A DNA stretch of 64,000 bases from Octopus vulgaris (lineage: Eukaryota), in assembly GCA_951406725.2 (NCBI GenBank), contig OX597817.1, positions 134,416,001 through 134,480,000 of the forward strand. The letters run 5' to 3'. Shown here one piece after another: positions 1 through 11,938 of this stretch. Every line of letters begins with the position of its first letter. Position 1 is the stretch's first letter. The notes under the pieces were generated by a model, which saw nothing but the letters and a program-made list of their open reading frames with translations, did not search any database and was not told the DNA's origin. A program made the translations under genes and the position numbers.

Positions 1-52
1 TCACCCAATTCCAACTTCTTTGTCTCCTGCATATTAAAGTCTGACAATTGTC

Positions 53-101
53 GTGCTGAAGACGGTTATTGAGCCCGAAACAAGTATCTGCCATAGTCCA
101 C
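53..101 (+). ncRNA. degenerate type-I hammerhead ribozyme motif
   Basis: GTG-CTGAAGA-(stem II cGGTT/AGCCc)-GAAAC...GTC-CAC; first stem II pair mismatched, stem III weak. Confidence 0.4.
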
Positions 102-355
102 ATCTCTCCAAGAAAGAAATCTTTTCTTTTCCTTAAGAGCATACCAGATTTGGAGTATTGTTAATTCCTGAGATTGTCTCTTTCTCACTCACTTCTTATG
201 AGGAGCTTATTTTAATTGACATTTGGTAATTATGACATTTCCTCGAGAGGTAAAGATTAATTATATGTGTGTATGTGTGTGTAGCCAAAAGTTAAGCACC
301 AAAACATGTGAATTTTTACGTAATTATTATTGTTATGCATTCTGGTCATCATATA

Positions 356-1179
356 CGGTCAAAGCAATAAGTATCCGGACTGTAACAAAGCTGATGCTTG
401 CAGAGTGAAGCTGCTTGGGAAAGATTGACCTTGACCTCTATTGCGCATGCGCACTAAGTTTTAACATCCGTCAGTTAGAGTAGTGCTTGGAAGGATGGTG
501 AGCAACGTGTGATTTCGCATTAACCATGGCAAAGAAAACTCAGAGGTTTACGCAAAGTTGCAGAAGGTGTATGGAGAGGAGTACATGTGCCGCACGCAAG
601 TGTTGGAGTGGTTCAGACGTTTCTAAGATGGCCGAAAAAATGTAAATAGTGACGAACGTTCTGGCAGACCCGGAACCAGCAGAACAGAGAATAACATCGC
701 AGATGTGTGTGCAGCTGTGAGGGTAAATCGTCGAATTACCATCTGTGGTTATCAGAAGATGAGTAGAGTAATTAACTCAGCCCATTATCACTGAAGATTT
801 GGGTATGAGACGCGTGTCTGCTAAGTCTGTTCCAAAACAGCTTCCAGCTGACCAAAAAGACACTCGGGTTTCAGTTGCACAAGATCTATTTGATTGTGTC
901 GAGAACGATGAAAACATTTTTGAGAACTTCGCGTAGGCTTCTAGCAAAATTTGATGCAGATTCTCCGCTCAACTTTCTCTGTCATGGTTAATGCGATGAT
1001 CACACGCTACACACCTTCCTTCCAAGCCCTACTACAAACAGCTGAAGTGGGATAGAACGTTTAAATTTAGTGCACATGCATAGCAGAGTTCAAGGTCAGT
1101 ATTCGCCAAGCGGCTTTACTCTGTGTGCTTTAGCTTCGTTACTACAGCAGCAATCCGGATAATTATTGATCAGAACACG
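356..1179 (+). mobile_element. non-autonomous mariner element with two inverted 5' ends and a decayed transposase N-terminus
   Basis: TA flanks at 354-355 and 1180-1181; about 200-250 bp imperfect inverted arms; translation YAKLQKVYGEEYMCRTQVLEWFRRF*DGRKNVNSDERSGRP...DLGMRRVSAKSVPKQL (HTH region and WVPHEL-equivalent motif). Confidence 0.85.
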
Positions 1180-2149
1180 TACAAGCACGAGTGTATTCAT
1201 TTTATTTATTTTATTCATGTATATTGTACATGATTTCTGGCTTGCCCTGTACACACACACACACACACATGTATGTTTATATATCTATTCATATATAACT
1301 ACACACACTCAACTTTTCAGTGGGGAATACATTTCAAACAAAACCATTTGATACAACTCGTTACATGCCATAGACTCAGGCGGTGTGTATATCAAAGCAG
1401 TTTGAAATATTGGCGGGAAATTGCGGATCTTTAGATCAATCGACGACTTGACAGATATTTTACACAAATACAGTCCTGTTTTTAAATCAATAAATCTCAC
1501 GACTCAACACTGAATATTATCGCAGGATGTCAAACTTTAGATCTCCATAATCATCAGAGCTCGAGATCTTTTGTAATCAAAACAACGAGATTTGCTCTGG
1601 AATTAGTAAAACATTGTAAAGTTGACAAACGTTTAACTGATCTAACGTTTCTTTCTGACATCAACATTAATTGACTTCGAACGAGAGACGTAGGTATTAT
1701 CTCCGGCTTGCTTCCAAATGAAGTGGTTTGCAGTTCGAATCTATGACCCGACACTTTAAGTGCTTTCTATCATATACTCTGGCCAAACAAAATCATATTG
1801 AAAGAAAACTGTGTGGAAGCCTTTCCGGGGAACATTTCTGATTAGGTGGCAATAATAATCACTCATCGTGTTTAACACAGCCTGGTGGTGGGTCGTCTTT
1901 TCTGTAGTCCGCGCCAGGTTTCTGATCTTAGAATAAATACTTTCCTTGTTCTCACCAATCTCCTGAACCCTGTTTAGAACTAGGATCCCTGCACCTGCTC
2001 CTCTAACACCTCCATTAATAGAAGCTGCCACAAAACATTGCCATAATCCAGAAATCTGAAATTCTCTGGAATTGTCAACTGCTTCTACTTCAGTAATATC
2101 TATCTAAAGTAAATTCTTTTCATTGACTGTTCAACCACAGCGAAACTTA

Positions 2150-2432
2150 CTTGTTTCAGTAATTAGACAGCGGCCATGCTGGGGCACCTCCTTGAAGAAT
2201 CTTGCAGATGTAACACAGGAAGTAAACGCACCAACACCGGTTGTCAAGCGGTGGTGGAACACACACACACACACATATTTATATACGACGAGCTTCTTTC
2301 AGTTTCCGTCTACTAAGTCCACAAACAAGGCTTTGGTCGGCCCGGGGCTATTCCAGAATACACTTTTAGATGGTGCTACTCAGTGAGACTGAACCCGGAA
2401 CCATGTGGATTGGAAGGAGGCTTGAAACCACT
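2150..2432 (-). mobile_element. tRNA-SINE family A, internally deleted copy
   Basis: Reverse complement of family tail (GTGCCCCAGCATGGCCGC...CTGAAACAAGT) and body (GTAGACGGAAACTGAAAGAAGC). Confidence 0.75.
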
Positions 2433-2740
2433 CATGGACCCCTTCGGTTATGAATGTCCATGAGATTGTACATAGAAAGTGCCCCCCCCCGCCACGAGCC
2501 ACAAGTCCGAACAATGTTGTTTATGAAAGACCAGCAGTTACCCATGCGTACCAGCCTCCCCTCGCCATGCTAACGATGTTGTCCAAGGGAAAGGGACCGA
2601 TACAGCTTAGAACCAGTGATGTCGCAACTCATTTCCTCAGCTGAGTTAACTGGAGCATCGTGAAATAATGACTTGCTCAAGAACGCAACACAGCCCAGTC
2701 CGGGAATCGAACCAATTGCCTCGTGATTGTGAACCCGACT
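2433..2740 (-). mobile_element. tRNA/CORE-like SINE with RTE-like 3' body
   Basis: Minus strand B box GGTTCGATTCCCGG followed by TGTGTTGCGTTCTTGAGCAAG...CTCCAGTTAACTCAGCTG (CORE-like). Confidence 0.55.
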
Positions 2741-2748
2741 AATCAATG

Positions 2749-2784
<36 letters not shown>

Positions 2785-4252
2785 GGTGGGGTATGATAAT
2801 CTGATTGCCTAATTTGAGTTGATATCATAATTCTTATCCCTTGTCCCGAGTTCGACCGGAGCACTTCTTAAGGAGTTCTATATATTTCGTTGGAAAGAAC
2901 ACTAATATTATATATGAATGTATGTATATGTTCCTTTGTTATTCGTTAGCCCCTGATCATCAATCATCAAACGCTCCAATTGTCAGATATTTTCTAGCAC
3001 TAAACATGCTAGTTCAATTACAAAAATAAGTTCTAAGCAAAAACTAAACTGTGGCTAAGACGATTGATTTGATATAAGAGATATCTGGCTGCTATTTCTA
3101 ATTGACCAAATGACCACACAGACGGAGAAATGATTCTTCCAGTGATTATATGAGACCAAGGACCGAATGGATTTTGTGAGTGCATATATCTATATAGGAA
3201 GACTAATGACGGAACACGCACACAATACATACATGTATGTGTGTATACACACACACAACACTTAATTCCTTTTCTTTCAGTGGTGTTTACATTTCGAAGA
3301 AAACCATTTGATACAACTCGTTACATGTCATGGTCTCGGGCGGTGATGAGGTATGTTTCAATGCAACTTTAGACCATTAGCTTTCCTTTTAGTTTTTCAA
3401 TTACCAATTAATTTCTCTTCCAAGTTCTCTTCTGTTCTATTTCTCATTGGTTTCCTTCATAAAACTTTCCGTCAGTTTAACCGAAGTCCATAGAATGTTG
3501 TTTCAGGCTCAAAGCAAAGAGACCCTCGCTATTTACTTGAAAGGCCATCTTATCGTTCTAATGAGGTTAGGCGCATCAGTAATCCGTAAAATATTGCTGA
3601 AAATACTTAATTCTACTCGTAGCTTTTCGGTTTTTGTTTATTCTCAACGTCATTTTATGCATTTGTATCACACACCGCCACTTGCTCTTGATGTCTCTTT
3701 TCTCTTGCAGGTATATTTTAACAAAAGTATGAAGTTCCTCACCTTAATATGTTCACCATTGTCTAATAAGTTGTCGAAACCTAATTGCTTGTCTCGTCTC
3801 ATCGCCAGAGAAGGTAGCAGCTTTGTCAATAGCTTTAGTGATAAAATATTTACCACTTCAAAAGCGTCAATGACGTCAAAGCTAATACAATGACTCACAA
3901 ACGTCTGTCTTTGAGAATTTCCAGGCGTGAAAGCAATTAACATTAAAAGCCAAATAATTGCTACCCCCTGTAGTTCTACTTCATGTTGTGCTTTGTATGA
4001 CGAGATGTTAGCTCAATTATTGCTGTTGTGTTTATGAATTTGCCAATTCACTAACTTTACAGTTCGATATTACTAACCATTAAACTTAATTTTATATCGT
4101 TCTGGGACTTTCTAAAAATAAGCGGCCGCAAGCAAACTAGATTGATCTAATTCAACCATAATTCTATTTAAACGTAAATGTACAATAACGAACGTGTGCT
4201 GCCTTCATAATTATCTGTCAGTCTATCGCAGCTATTATCGTCATCCACTCTT

Positions 4253-4291
<39 letters not shown>

Positions 4292-4292
4292 A

Positions 4293-4347
<55 letters not shown>

Positions 4348-4355
4348 TGTACTGT

Positions 4356-5018
4356 AGGCATTAGACCCGAAATTTTGGGGGAGGGTGTCAGTCGATTAGA
4401 TCGTCCCCAGTACATAGCTGGTACTGAATTTATCGACCCCGAAAGGATGAAAGGTAAAGTCGACTTCGGCGGAATTTGAACTCAGAATGTAAAGACAGAC
4501 GAAACGCCGCTAAGCATTTCGCCCGGTGTGCTAACGTTTCTTGGGTTTTTTATTGGCCACCAGGACACCAATATAGAGGTGACAGCAAATCACACCTGGT
4601 GACACAAAACGACGAATCATAAACCCAAATATATGACAAAGATGAATGATAAACATGAAAATGAAAAAAATGGAATGGTAAAATCAGTCCCACTTCCGAG
4701 AGACCCCATTTTTACCCTTTATTACCTTATTATACATCGTTCTTTCTAGTATGTCTTGTCCATATAGTTGTAGCAACTCCTCGTAAGTCGAATATTCCAG
4801 TAGCTCCTTTCTATGTGTCTCTATCTTCGACCACTATATCCAGTTTTATGTTTCAGTACGCTCTCCATCTGAGAACACAACGGTGCCACCTCTTAACATT
4901 ATCAAACCCTTCAGTTCCTATCCCCTTACAGTCATCCCATTCCAGAATTTCTTCAACCAAATTCTCGTTTGAATCGTCAATCTTCGCTACTGCAAATATC
5001 GTTTTTGTTTGAGATCTC

Positions 5019-5051
<33 letters not shown>

Positions 5052-6244
5052 TTTTGTTTACTTGTCGCGGGAATAGGTGGGCTTGATGTATGTAGGAGAA
5101 GGGAGGTTCTGAGAAGGTATGGGTAAGGTGGGTGTGGGTTAGGGTTCCGAATTCCTTCTTCCTTTTCTTTCCGCCTACCACTTTCTATGCTGCTTCTTCT
5201 GGTAGTTTCTCTTTATCTAGTATTTCTGCACGTTCCTCTGCTTTCTTTGACTGTTCTTCCGCTTTTTTCTCGGACGATGAAGGACAGTCCACTCTAATGT
5301 GACCCATTTGTAGCATCTTGGGACTCTGCCCTCTATCTTGACCCTCATCTCTGCTTCATCAAGCAAGACCGTCTCTGCTATCTTTTTCAAGGTTTCTGCT
5401 GATGTATGCACGTTCATCTCGAGTGTCTTACCCCTCCACATCTCGCATATGGTTGACGTGGCCTGGAGCAACGCTATATCGACCTCACTTCCTTTGAGGA
5501 CTGCGGCCGCTACCCAGGCCATGTCTATTTCGGGTGGAATACCTTCAACTTTAATACTAGTTGCCCTTCTGCTCATATAAGTGGGCAACAACACCACTTC
5601 TTTGTCCATTATTGTCTTTACTACCTGTTTCTTTGCCTTTTGTTCTTTTGCGAACCTCACTTCCACTATACCAAATCTCGTTCCTCTCCTTACAAAGATT
5701 ATATCCTGCCACATGAGCCTTAGTGCTTTTTCTATTTGACTTGTATTTATGCTTTCAATCTTGCCTGCTTTCGTTGAGAATGTTTTATGTAACTGCTTTC
5801 TTACTGATACCTTCCAGCATTTCCTTTGGAGGGGACAACGCCACGTTGTACCCTTCTAAACAGGTAAATGTTTTTAAATTACTGATTCTCTTGATGTCAA
5901 TCTCCTATTCCTCCTGTCTTGTCACTTCCGCGAAGTTTGTCTTCTTTTCATCTTTCTTAATTATTTCATCCATTTCTCATACTGCTCTAAGCAGTTCTTC
6001 TGATGCCGATAGTTCAGACCCCTAAAAACATAGCTATCTTTCTCTCCATAGCTAATTCTGCTCAAAATAGGAGAGAAAGAACAAATTGCTACAAAGAAGC
6101 ACAAAAACAATTAACGGAGTGTTTAAAACACTGATACAAAATCGAAACGATGCCGACACTATGAAAATACCGTCAAAAATTACTCTCGTACACCTTGAGA
6201 AACACTAGGAAGTGTGATAGAGTTTCTGCCAACTCGCTGCCTTA
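4356..6244 (-). mobile_element. tRNA-SINE family B (Meta-domain-like), split by the insertion at 4542-6221
   Basis: Body 4356-4541 resumes at 6222-6244 (GTTTCTGCCAACTCGCTGCCTTA). Confidence 0.8.
4542..6221 (-). mobile_element. ORF1-only non-autonomous L1/Tx1-like retrotransposon
   Basis: Decayed gag-like ORF1 including ORF 5217-5714 (SIKVEGIPPEI...VKIEGRVPRCYK, truncated zinc knuckle); 3' end TGTCACCTCTAT...GGCCAATAAAAAAA; GTTTCT direct repeat at 4536-4541 and 6222-6227; no RT seen. Confidence 0.65.
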
Positions 6245-6366
6245 CTCATATTCTTTTACTTGCTTCAGTCATTTGACTGTGGCCATGCTGAAGCACCGCC
6301 TTTAAAAATATCACACGCACTTGTGTGAGTGAGTGAGTGAGTGAGTGAGTGAGTGAGTGAGTGAGT

Positions 6367-6418
<52 letters not shown>

Positions 6419-6602
6419 AATATGTGGTAAAGTGCCGTAGCGTTAGTATTATTATAATTTTCTCTCATCAATAAAAACTATTGTATGATTACGCTATCAC
6501 CATTACCAGGCGGAATTATGTTTCTGACATACAAAAATTGCGATCGGCTTTCGATTCATTGATAAGACCTGTAGAAGTTTCGAATATTATTCATGCAATA
6601 TG

Positions 6603-6785
6603 AGGCTGCGCGCTGGCAGAATGGTTGGCAAGCCGGAGAAAATGCTTAGCGGCATTTCGCCCTTCTTGGTGTTTTGAGTTCAAATCCCGACGCGATTGAC
6701 TTTGCTGTCATTATTTGTGGGGTCGATGTAATTGTCTTAGCCCTTCCCCACAAGATTTTAGGTCGTGCGTCTATAGTAGAAAAAT
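6603..6785 (+). mobile_element. tRNA-SINE family B, diverged
   Basis: GCTGGCAGAATGGTTGGC...GAGTTCAAATCCC...GACTTTGC...GGGGTCGAT. Confidence 0.65.
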
Positions 6786-6884
6786 ATTCGTGTAATGTAT
6801 AACTGTCGCATTTCCTTTCTCTGTTTATAGATGTGTGTGCATGCGTGCATGCATCTATCTATCTACTTATCTCCAGCTGTATGC

Positions 6885-7272
6885 TTGGCACAAGTATGAC
6901 TGAGTGGTTAAAACGCCCACCCTTTTGCAGTCACGCGACTTCGGGTTCAATAACAGTTTGCGGCAATTTGTACAAATATTAACGGCTGTGGATCCGAGCC
7001 AATCATTGATTTATGAGTGAATTTGCTAGACGGAAACTGTGAAAGAAGCCAGTGACACACACACACACACAAACACACACAGACAATGTGTGTGTCTCCT
7101 TACCGCTTGAAAACCGGTGTTGGTTCGCTTACGTCCCAGTAACTTAGCAGTTTGGCAGGGGAAACCAACAGAATAAGTATCAGACTTTAAAAATAAGTGC
7201 CGTGATTGATTTTCTTTACTCACCCCTTTGAGGCAGAGCCACAGCATGGCCACAGTCCCATAACTGAAGAAA
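6885..7272 (+). mobile_element. tRNA-SINE family A, diverged
   Basis: A/B boxes, AGACGGAAACTGTGAAAGAAGCC body, CAGCATGGCCACAGTC tail. Confidence 0.7.
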
Positions 7273-7274
7273 GA

Positions 7275-7305
<31 letters not shown>

Positions 7306-7526
7306 AAGGCAGACAGAAAGACAGAAAGAAAGACAGAAAGACAGACAGACAGAAAGAAATACAGAAAGAAAGATAGACAGAAAGATAGATAGATAAATAG
7401 AAAGATAGACAGAAAGATAGATAGATAGAGAGAAAGATAGACAGAAAGATAGATAGATAGAGAGAAAGATAGACAGAAAGAAAAATAGATAGAGAGAAAG
7501 ATAGACAGAAAGAAAAATAGATAGAC

Positions 7527-7561
<35 letters not shown>

Positions 7562-7570
7562 TAGACAGAC

Positions 7571-7617
<47 letters not shown>

Positions 7618-7670
7618 TAAACAGAAAGATAGACAGACAGACAGACAGATAAACAGACAGACAGACAGAA

Positions 7671-7701
<31 letters not shown>

Positions 7702-7702
7702 A

Positions 7703-7733
<31 letters not shown>

Positions 7734-7845
7734 TAGACAGAAAGATAGATAGACAGAAAGATAGATAGACAGACAGACAGATAGACAGAAAGATAGATAG
7801 ATAGACAGATAGATAGACAGAAAGATAGATAGATATCAGACAGAC
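7273..7845. repeat. compound (AGAC/AGAT/AGAA)n microsatellite, about 570 bp
   Basis: Directly visible; begins at the SINE 3' tail; explains spurious 236-aa ORF 7216-7926. Confidence 0.95.
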
Positions 7846-8810
7846 ATTGAGTGAAGGGGATCTATTTAAAAATTGAGACAGATCAATATGAATCACACTA
7901 CACTTGATGACTAGACAGTAACACACAAATCAACAAATACATTCCATTAGTTAATCGGTCACCAATGAAGGGCAGTTTACTAGTAATCTACAAAACTATA
8001 ACTAGCCAAAGTAGAATGGAACATTCTGCATGGTGTAATATAATAATAAAATTTAGAATAATAGACAAATGGATTAAATACTCTCGCTATAGTGTTTGCG
8101 TAAGAGATTTTGTAAGTTATAGTATCGCACATGCATCTTTGTAGGACGTGCAAAATCTATAAGTTTATGCAATGCATTACATCTCTCGACTCCTCTGGCG
8201 CCGCCTTAATGCAAGTAGGTGAGTAAATTGATATGCTGTCACATATAAACATTCAAAGCCAGGAATACGAACAGTTTTAATATGGAAGTGGGCGGGAATA
8301 TGATAGGCCAGTTGGAATCGCATGTCGTTAAATTAGGCTGCCAAAGAGATTGACAGCCGAATTTGAAGTGTCATATGAGAAAAGTCGGAGAGGATCAAAT
8401 ATAATTGATTAGAATAAAGAACAGAAGTCGAAAGTCATATTATCTGCAACTGTCCGACGGTGCTTAAACCTCGCGACTCCAAAGACAATTAGGCATTAGC
8501 ATCGAAAATTCTTCATCTACGGAGAACACTGACAAGTTTTGGAATTGAGAATATTTCCCTCTCTTTCTCCGACATGTCTGAGAGATCCTATAATGGTACA
8601 TGGGTACTACAACTTTTTTTCACTGAAAAATAAACACAAACACGAGTGTGCGCACTTGTGCATGCGCGTGCACGAGTGTGTTTGTGTGTATGATTACGAC
8701 TAGAATGAAATAGATTACAAAGATGCCTGAAAGTCTGCAAAAGCTAATTTGCTTCTGTGACGTGGACGGTACCCGCAATAATACTCTAAGACACCCGACA
8801 GAACGTTTCT

Positions 8811-9686
8811 TGTTTTTATTGCCTATTATAGGAGCACATAGAGGGGACAATACAATATGACCTGGGGGTCATATACAACAAATGAGAGTAAAAATTTAAA
8901 ATGACAAAATGAAAAACCAAATTGGGCACAAAAGACAATTATATACAATGAAAGAAAATAAGGGGTTTAAAAGAAAAGTATGCTCCCACCCCACGAGCCC
9001 TGCCTTCTCTACTGACACCTTTGGTAATGTCTATGATGTGCTCACGCAGGGCTTTTCCCTCCCAACATACGTGCTACACGCGCCCATCCTTTTGCTAGCA
9101 CCTTGGCCAAAATCTTCATATCTGCGTTCAGCAGAGTGATGGGCCTAAAATTGTCTATCCTACCCCCTTGTCCGGGTCCTTCCTGACCAGCGTCACCACT
9201 CCCGGCACACAGATCTGGAAATCCACCCGTTCTGTTGCCAATTCGCGCAAACGCTAGCCAGTATGTGTGCGAACAAGTCTGGCATACTTTCATATAGCTC
9301 ATAAGGTAGACCATCAAGTCCCGGCGCCGTACCACTGCCGCAGTCAGCTTTGATCTCAATCACTTCCCCAGGTGAGATCGATTCCTCACAGATCTTCGCA
9401 TCCTGCCCCGAGAGTCTCTGCAGCCCGGCAAGGAAGTTCGTATGGTCTGTCCTATCTGCTTCATCCCTCCCCCCCCCACCGAAAAGCTGGGCAAAGTGCT
9501 CCTAAAGACTCCGACGCATCTCCTCGGGTTCGTTTATCAACTCGCCTTACGAATTCACCAAAGATCGAATTATGGAATCGTTTCCACGTTGAGCCTCCAC
9601 AACTCGTGCCCACCCAGCGGCCTTGATTCCCTCGCTTCCCATAGACACCCGAAAGAAAGTTTGGTTATCCCGAGAGCGTCTCGTTG
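8811..9686 (-). mobile_element. Tx1-clade non-LTR retrotransposon fragment (RT start plus 3' end)
   Basis: RIDNFRPITLLNADMKILAKVLA RT N-terminal motif; 3' end TGTCCCCTCTATGTGCTCCTATAATAGGCAATAAAAAC; frameshifted and internally deleted. Confidence 0.8.
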
Positions 9687-9734
9687 ATATTTACACAGGT
9701 AATTCTGTATTAACATGCATGTATTATTAACAGT

Positions 9735-10075
9735 TGCAGGCGTGACTTTCTGCTTCCCAACCACATGGTTACAGGTTCGGTTCCACTGAGTGGCACTTTG
9801 GGCAGGTGTTTCTTCAACCAAAGCATGGTTGGATTTGGTAGACAGAAGACTAAAGTAAGTCTTATCTATTTAAATATGTCTTTATGTTTTGTGTCTGTGT
9901 TTGTCCACAACCACCACTTGACAAACGGTGTTGGTGTGTTTACGTACCCGTAACTTATCGGTTCAGCGAAAGGGACCGATAGGATAGATCGTGGGCTGGA
10001 TCTTTTTGACTAAAATTCTTCAGTGCAGTGCCCCAGCATGGTCGCAGTCCGATGATTGAAACAAGTAAAAGAGAA
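9735..10075 (+). mobile_element. tRNA-SINE family A
   Basis: CCAACCACATGGTT...CCACTGAGTGGCAC head and GTGCCCCAGCATGGTCGCAGTC tail. Confidence 0.75.
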
Positions 10076-10097
10076 AATATAAATAAATACAAAGAAA

Positions 10098-10437
10098 GTT
10101 ATTTACATTCGACGGATATTTGTCCTCATCTTATTTGTTGTTAACACAACGTTTCGCCTGATATACCCTCCGGTCTTCATCAAGTGTCTTGGGGAAATTT
10201 CGAACCTGGGTTCTCATTCCTAAGGTATTTTTCGATCTTATTATTATTATTATTATTATTATTATTGTCGAAAAATACCTTAGGAATGAGAACTCAGGTT
10301 CGAAATTTCCCCATGACACCTGAAGAAAGCTGGAGGATATATCAGCCGAAAAGTTGTGTTAACAACAAACAAAACGAGGACAAGCATCTGTCAAATATAA
10401 ATAATGTACATAATTCCTCATCTCTTAAATATAGAAA
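10098..10437. mobile_element. inverted pair of hammerhead-bearing element, 5'-truncated, joined at a (TAT)n tract
   Basis: 10098-10236 is the reverse complement of 10268-10405; hammerhead motifs at 10143-10188 (-) and 10315-10360 (+); imperfect 12-bp TSD AAATA(C/T)AAAGAA. Confidence 0.8.
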
Positions 10438-10950
10438 TGAAATATAAAGAACTTTTCCAAAGTTAATTGGGTCCTCCAAAGTTAATTAGGTGGAAATATT
10501 GATAAATATTTAGAGAAAAGAAACCCGTATACTTTCTGTAGCAACATTAATGAAAAACATGACGGTGCGGTGGATTTACTGAAATAGAAATTCTCTCGAC
10601 ACTCAGAGAAGGCCCAACGGTAAGACAAATAAAAGAATCTATTTAAAGAAATGCAATTCATTCAACCTCTCTATAGAAAATATGAAGGTGAACAACCCTA
10701 GCAACGCCGCCGCAATCGCCTGTTAGATGACTGATCGCCAACACGTGACAACACGCGAACAATCTTAACCAAAGTGAAAAAAACCCCACAAAAATCAGTT
10801 TCAAATTATTTCTAAATGATATTCTTAAAAGTGCTTGAATTCCACTGCTAACACGAAACGGAAGGACACGGTTTGATTTAGAAAGCCTTTAATATATTTT
10901 GTACTAGATTATGGTTATGGTAGTAGGTAGAGATTCTCTTCACTACTTCA

Positions 10951-11388
10951 GAGAGTGACGACCCTACCTGATGCGAGTCCCGGGCTCAGCTGGTTCCAGC
11001 TAACAGTACCCGGTATGGGCCCCTATCCAGGGCTACGGAAAGGAGACAACTTTCAAAGAAATCCCGAGTGGAGCCTCGTAGGCGGTTTAGTGTTCGACTC
11101 GATACTTTTCCGGCAGCTCCTGCAACCAAGCTGGTGCCAAACGTAATGCTCTGCACTCCTTTAGACCACGTCACGAAGGTCGAGAGAGGAATCCTGACGT
11201 TTGAGCAACCCAGGATTTTCTCACATCTAGCCCAGGCCTGCGCAAGACTGGAGAGGAAACTTGAGATGACATTTCAGTGCTGCTGTAAAACGTGCCAGTT
11301 GAAATGTAAAAAAAAAGACTGGATTATTTTATGCGCAACTCCATTGTCTCACGAGACAAAAAAATGCCAAAACAGAAAAAAAAAAAAA
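10951..11388 (+). mobile_element. non-autonomous RTE derivative (5' UTR-like part plus RTE 3' tail)
   Basis: 11300-11375 closely matches the RTE 3' UTR at 44267-44343; no coding sequence. Confidence 0.7.
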
Positions 11389-11455
11389 TATGGCTGTTAA
11401 TCGAACAAGGTGTCTCTACCAGTGATTAATATTATTGATATTATGCACGAAACAA

Positions 11456-11938
11456 GGCGGCGGGCTGGCAGAAACGTTAGCACCCCGGCCGAAATGCTTT
11501 GCGGTATTTCGTCTGCCGCTACGTTCTCACTTCAAATTCCGGCGAGGTCGACTTTGCCTTTCATCCTTTCAGGGTCGATTAAATAAGTACCAGTTATGCA
11601 CTGCGGTCGATATAATCGACTTAGTCCGTTTGTCTGTCCTTGTTTGTCCTCTCTGTGTGTAGCCCCGTGTGGGTAGTAAAGAACTTGGTATCTCGTCTGC
11701 CGTTACGTTCTGAGTTCAAATTCCGCCGAGGTCGACTTTGCCTTTTATCCTTTATGGGTTGATAAATTAAAGTATCAGTTGCGTACTGGAGTCGATCTAA
11801 TCGACTGGCTCCCTTCCCAAAAATTTCGGGCCTTGTGCCTAGAGTAGAAAAGACAATAAGTACCAGTTATCGACTTAATCACTTTGTGTGCTCATGTTTG
11901 TCCCCTCTATGTTTAACCCCCTGTGGGCAATAAAGAAA
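11456..11938 (+). mobile_element. composite or dimeric SINE family B with two alternative tails
   Basis: Head GGCGGCGGGCTGGCAGAAACGTTAGC; core GTCGACTTTGCCTTT..TCCTTT twice; Tx1-like tail, then GGGCCTTGTGCCTAGAGTAGAAA tail, then a second Tx1-like tail. Confidence 0.85.

Noticed and set aside
3447-3943. Overlapping ORFs of 148 aa (+) and 91 aa (-), with an acceptor-like TTTCTCTTGCAG at about 3709
   Set aside because: No recognisable domain or supporting exon chain; could be chance in AT-rich DNA.
7216-7926. 236-aa ORF, the longest in the track
   Set aside because: It is a translation of a tetranucleotide microsatellite (LSVC/LSIY repeats).
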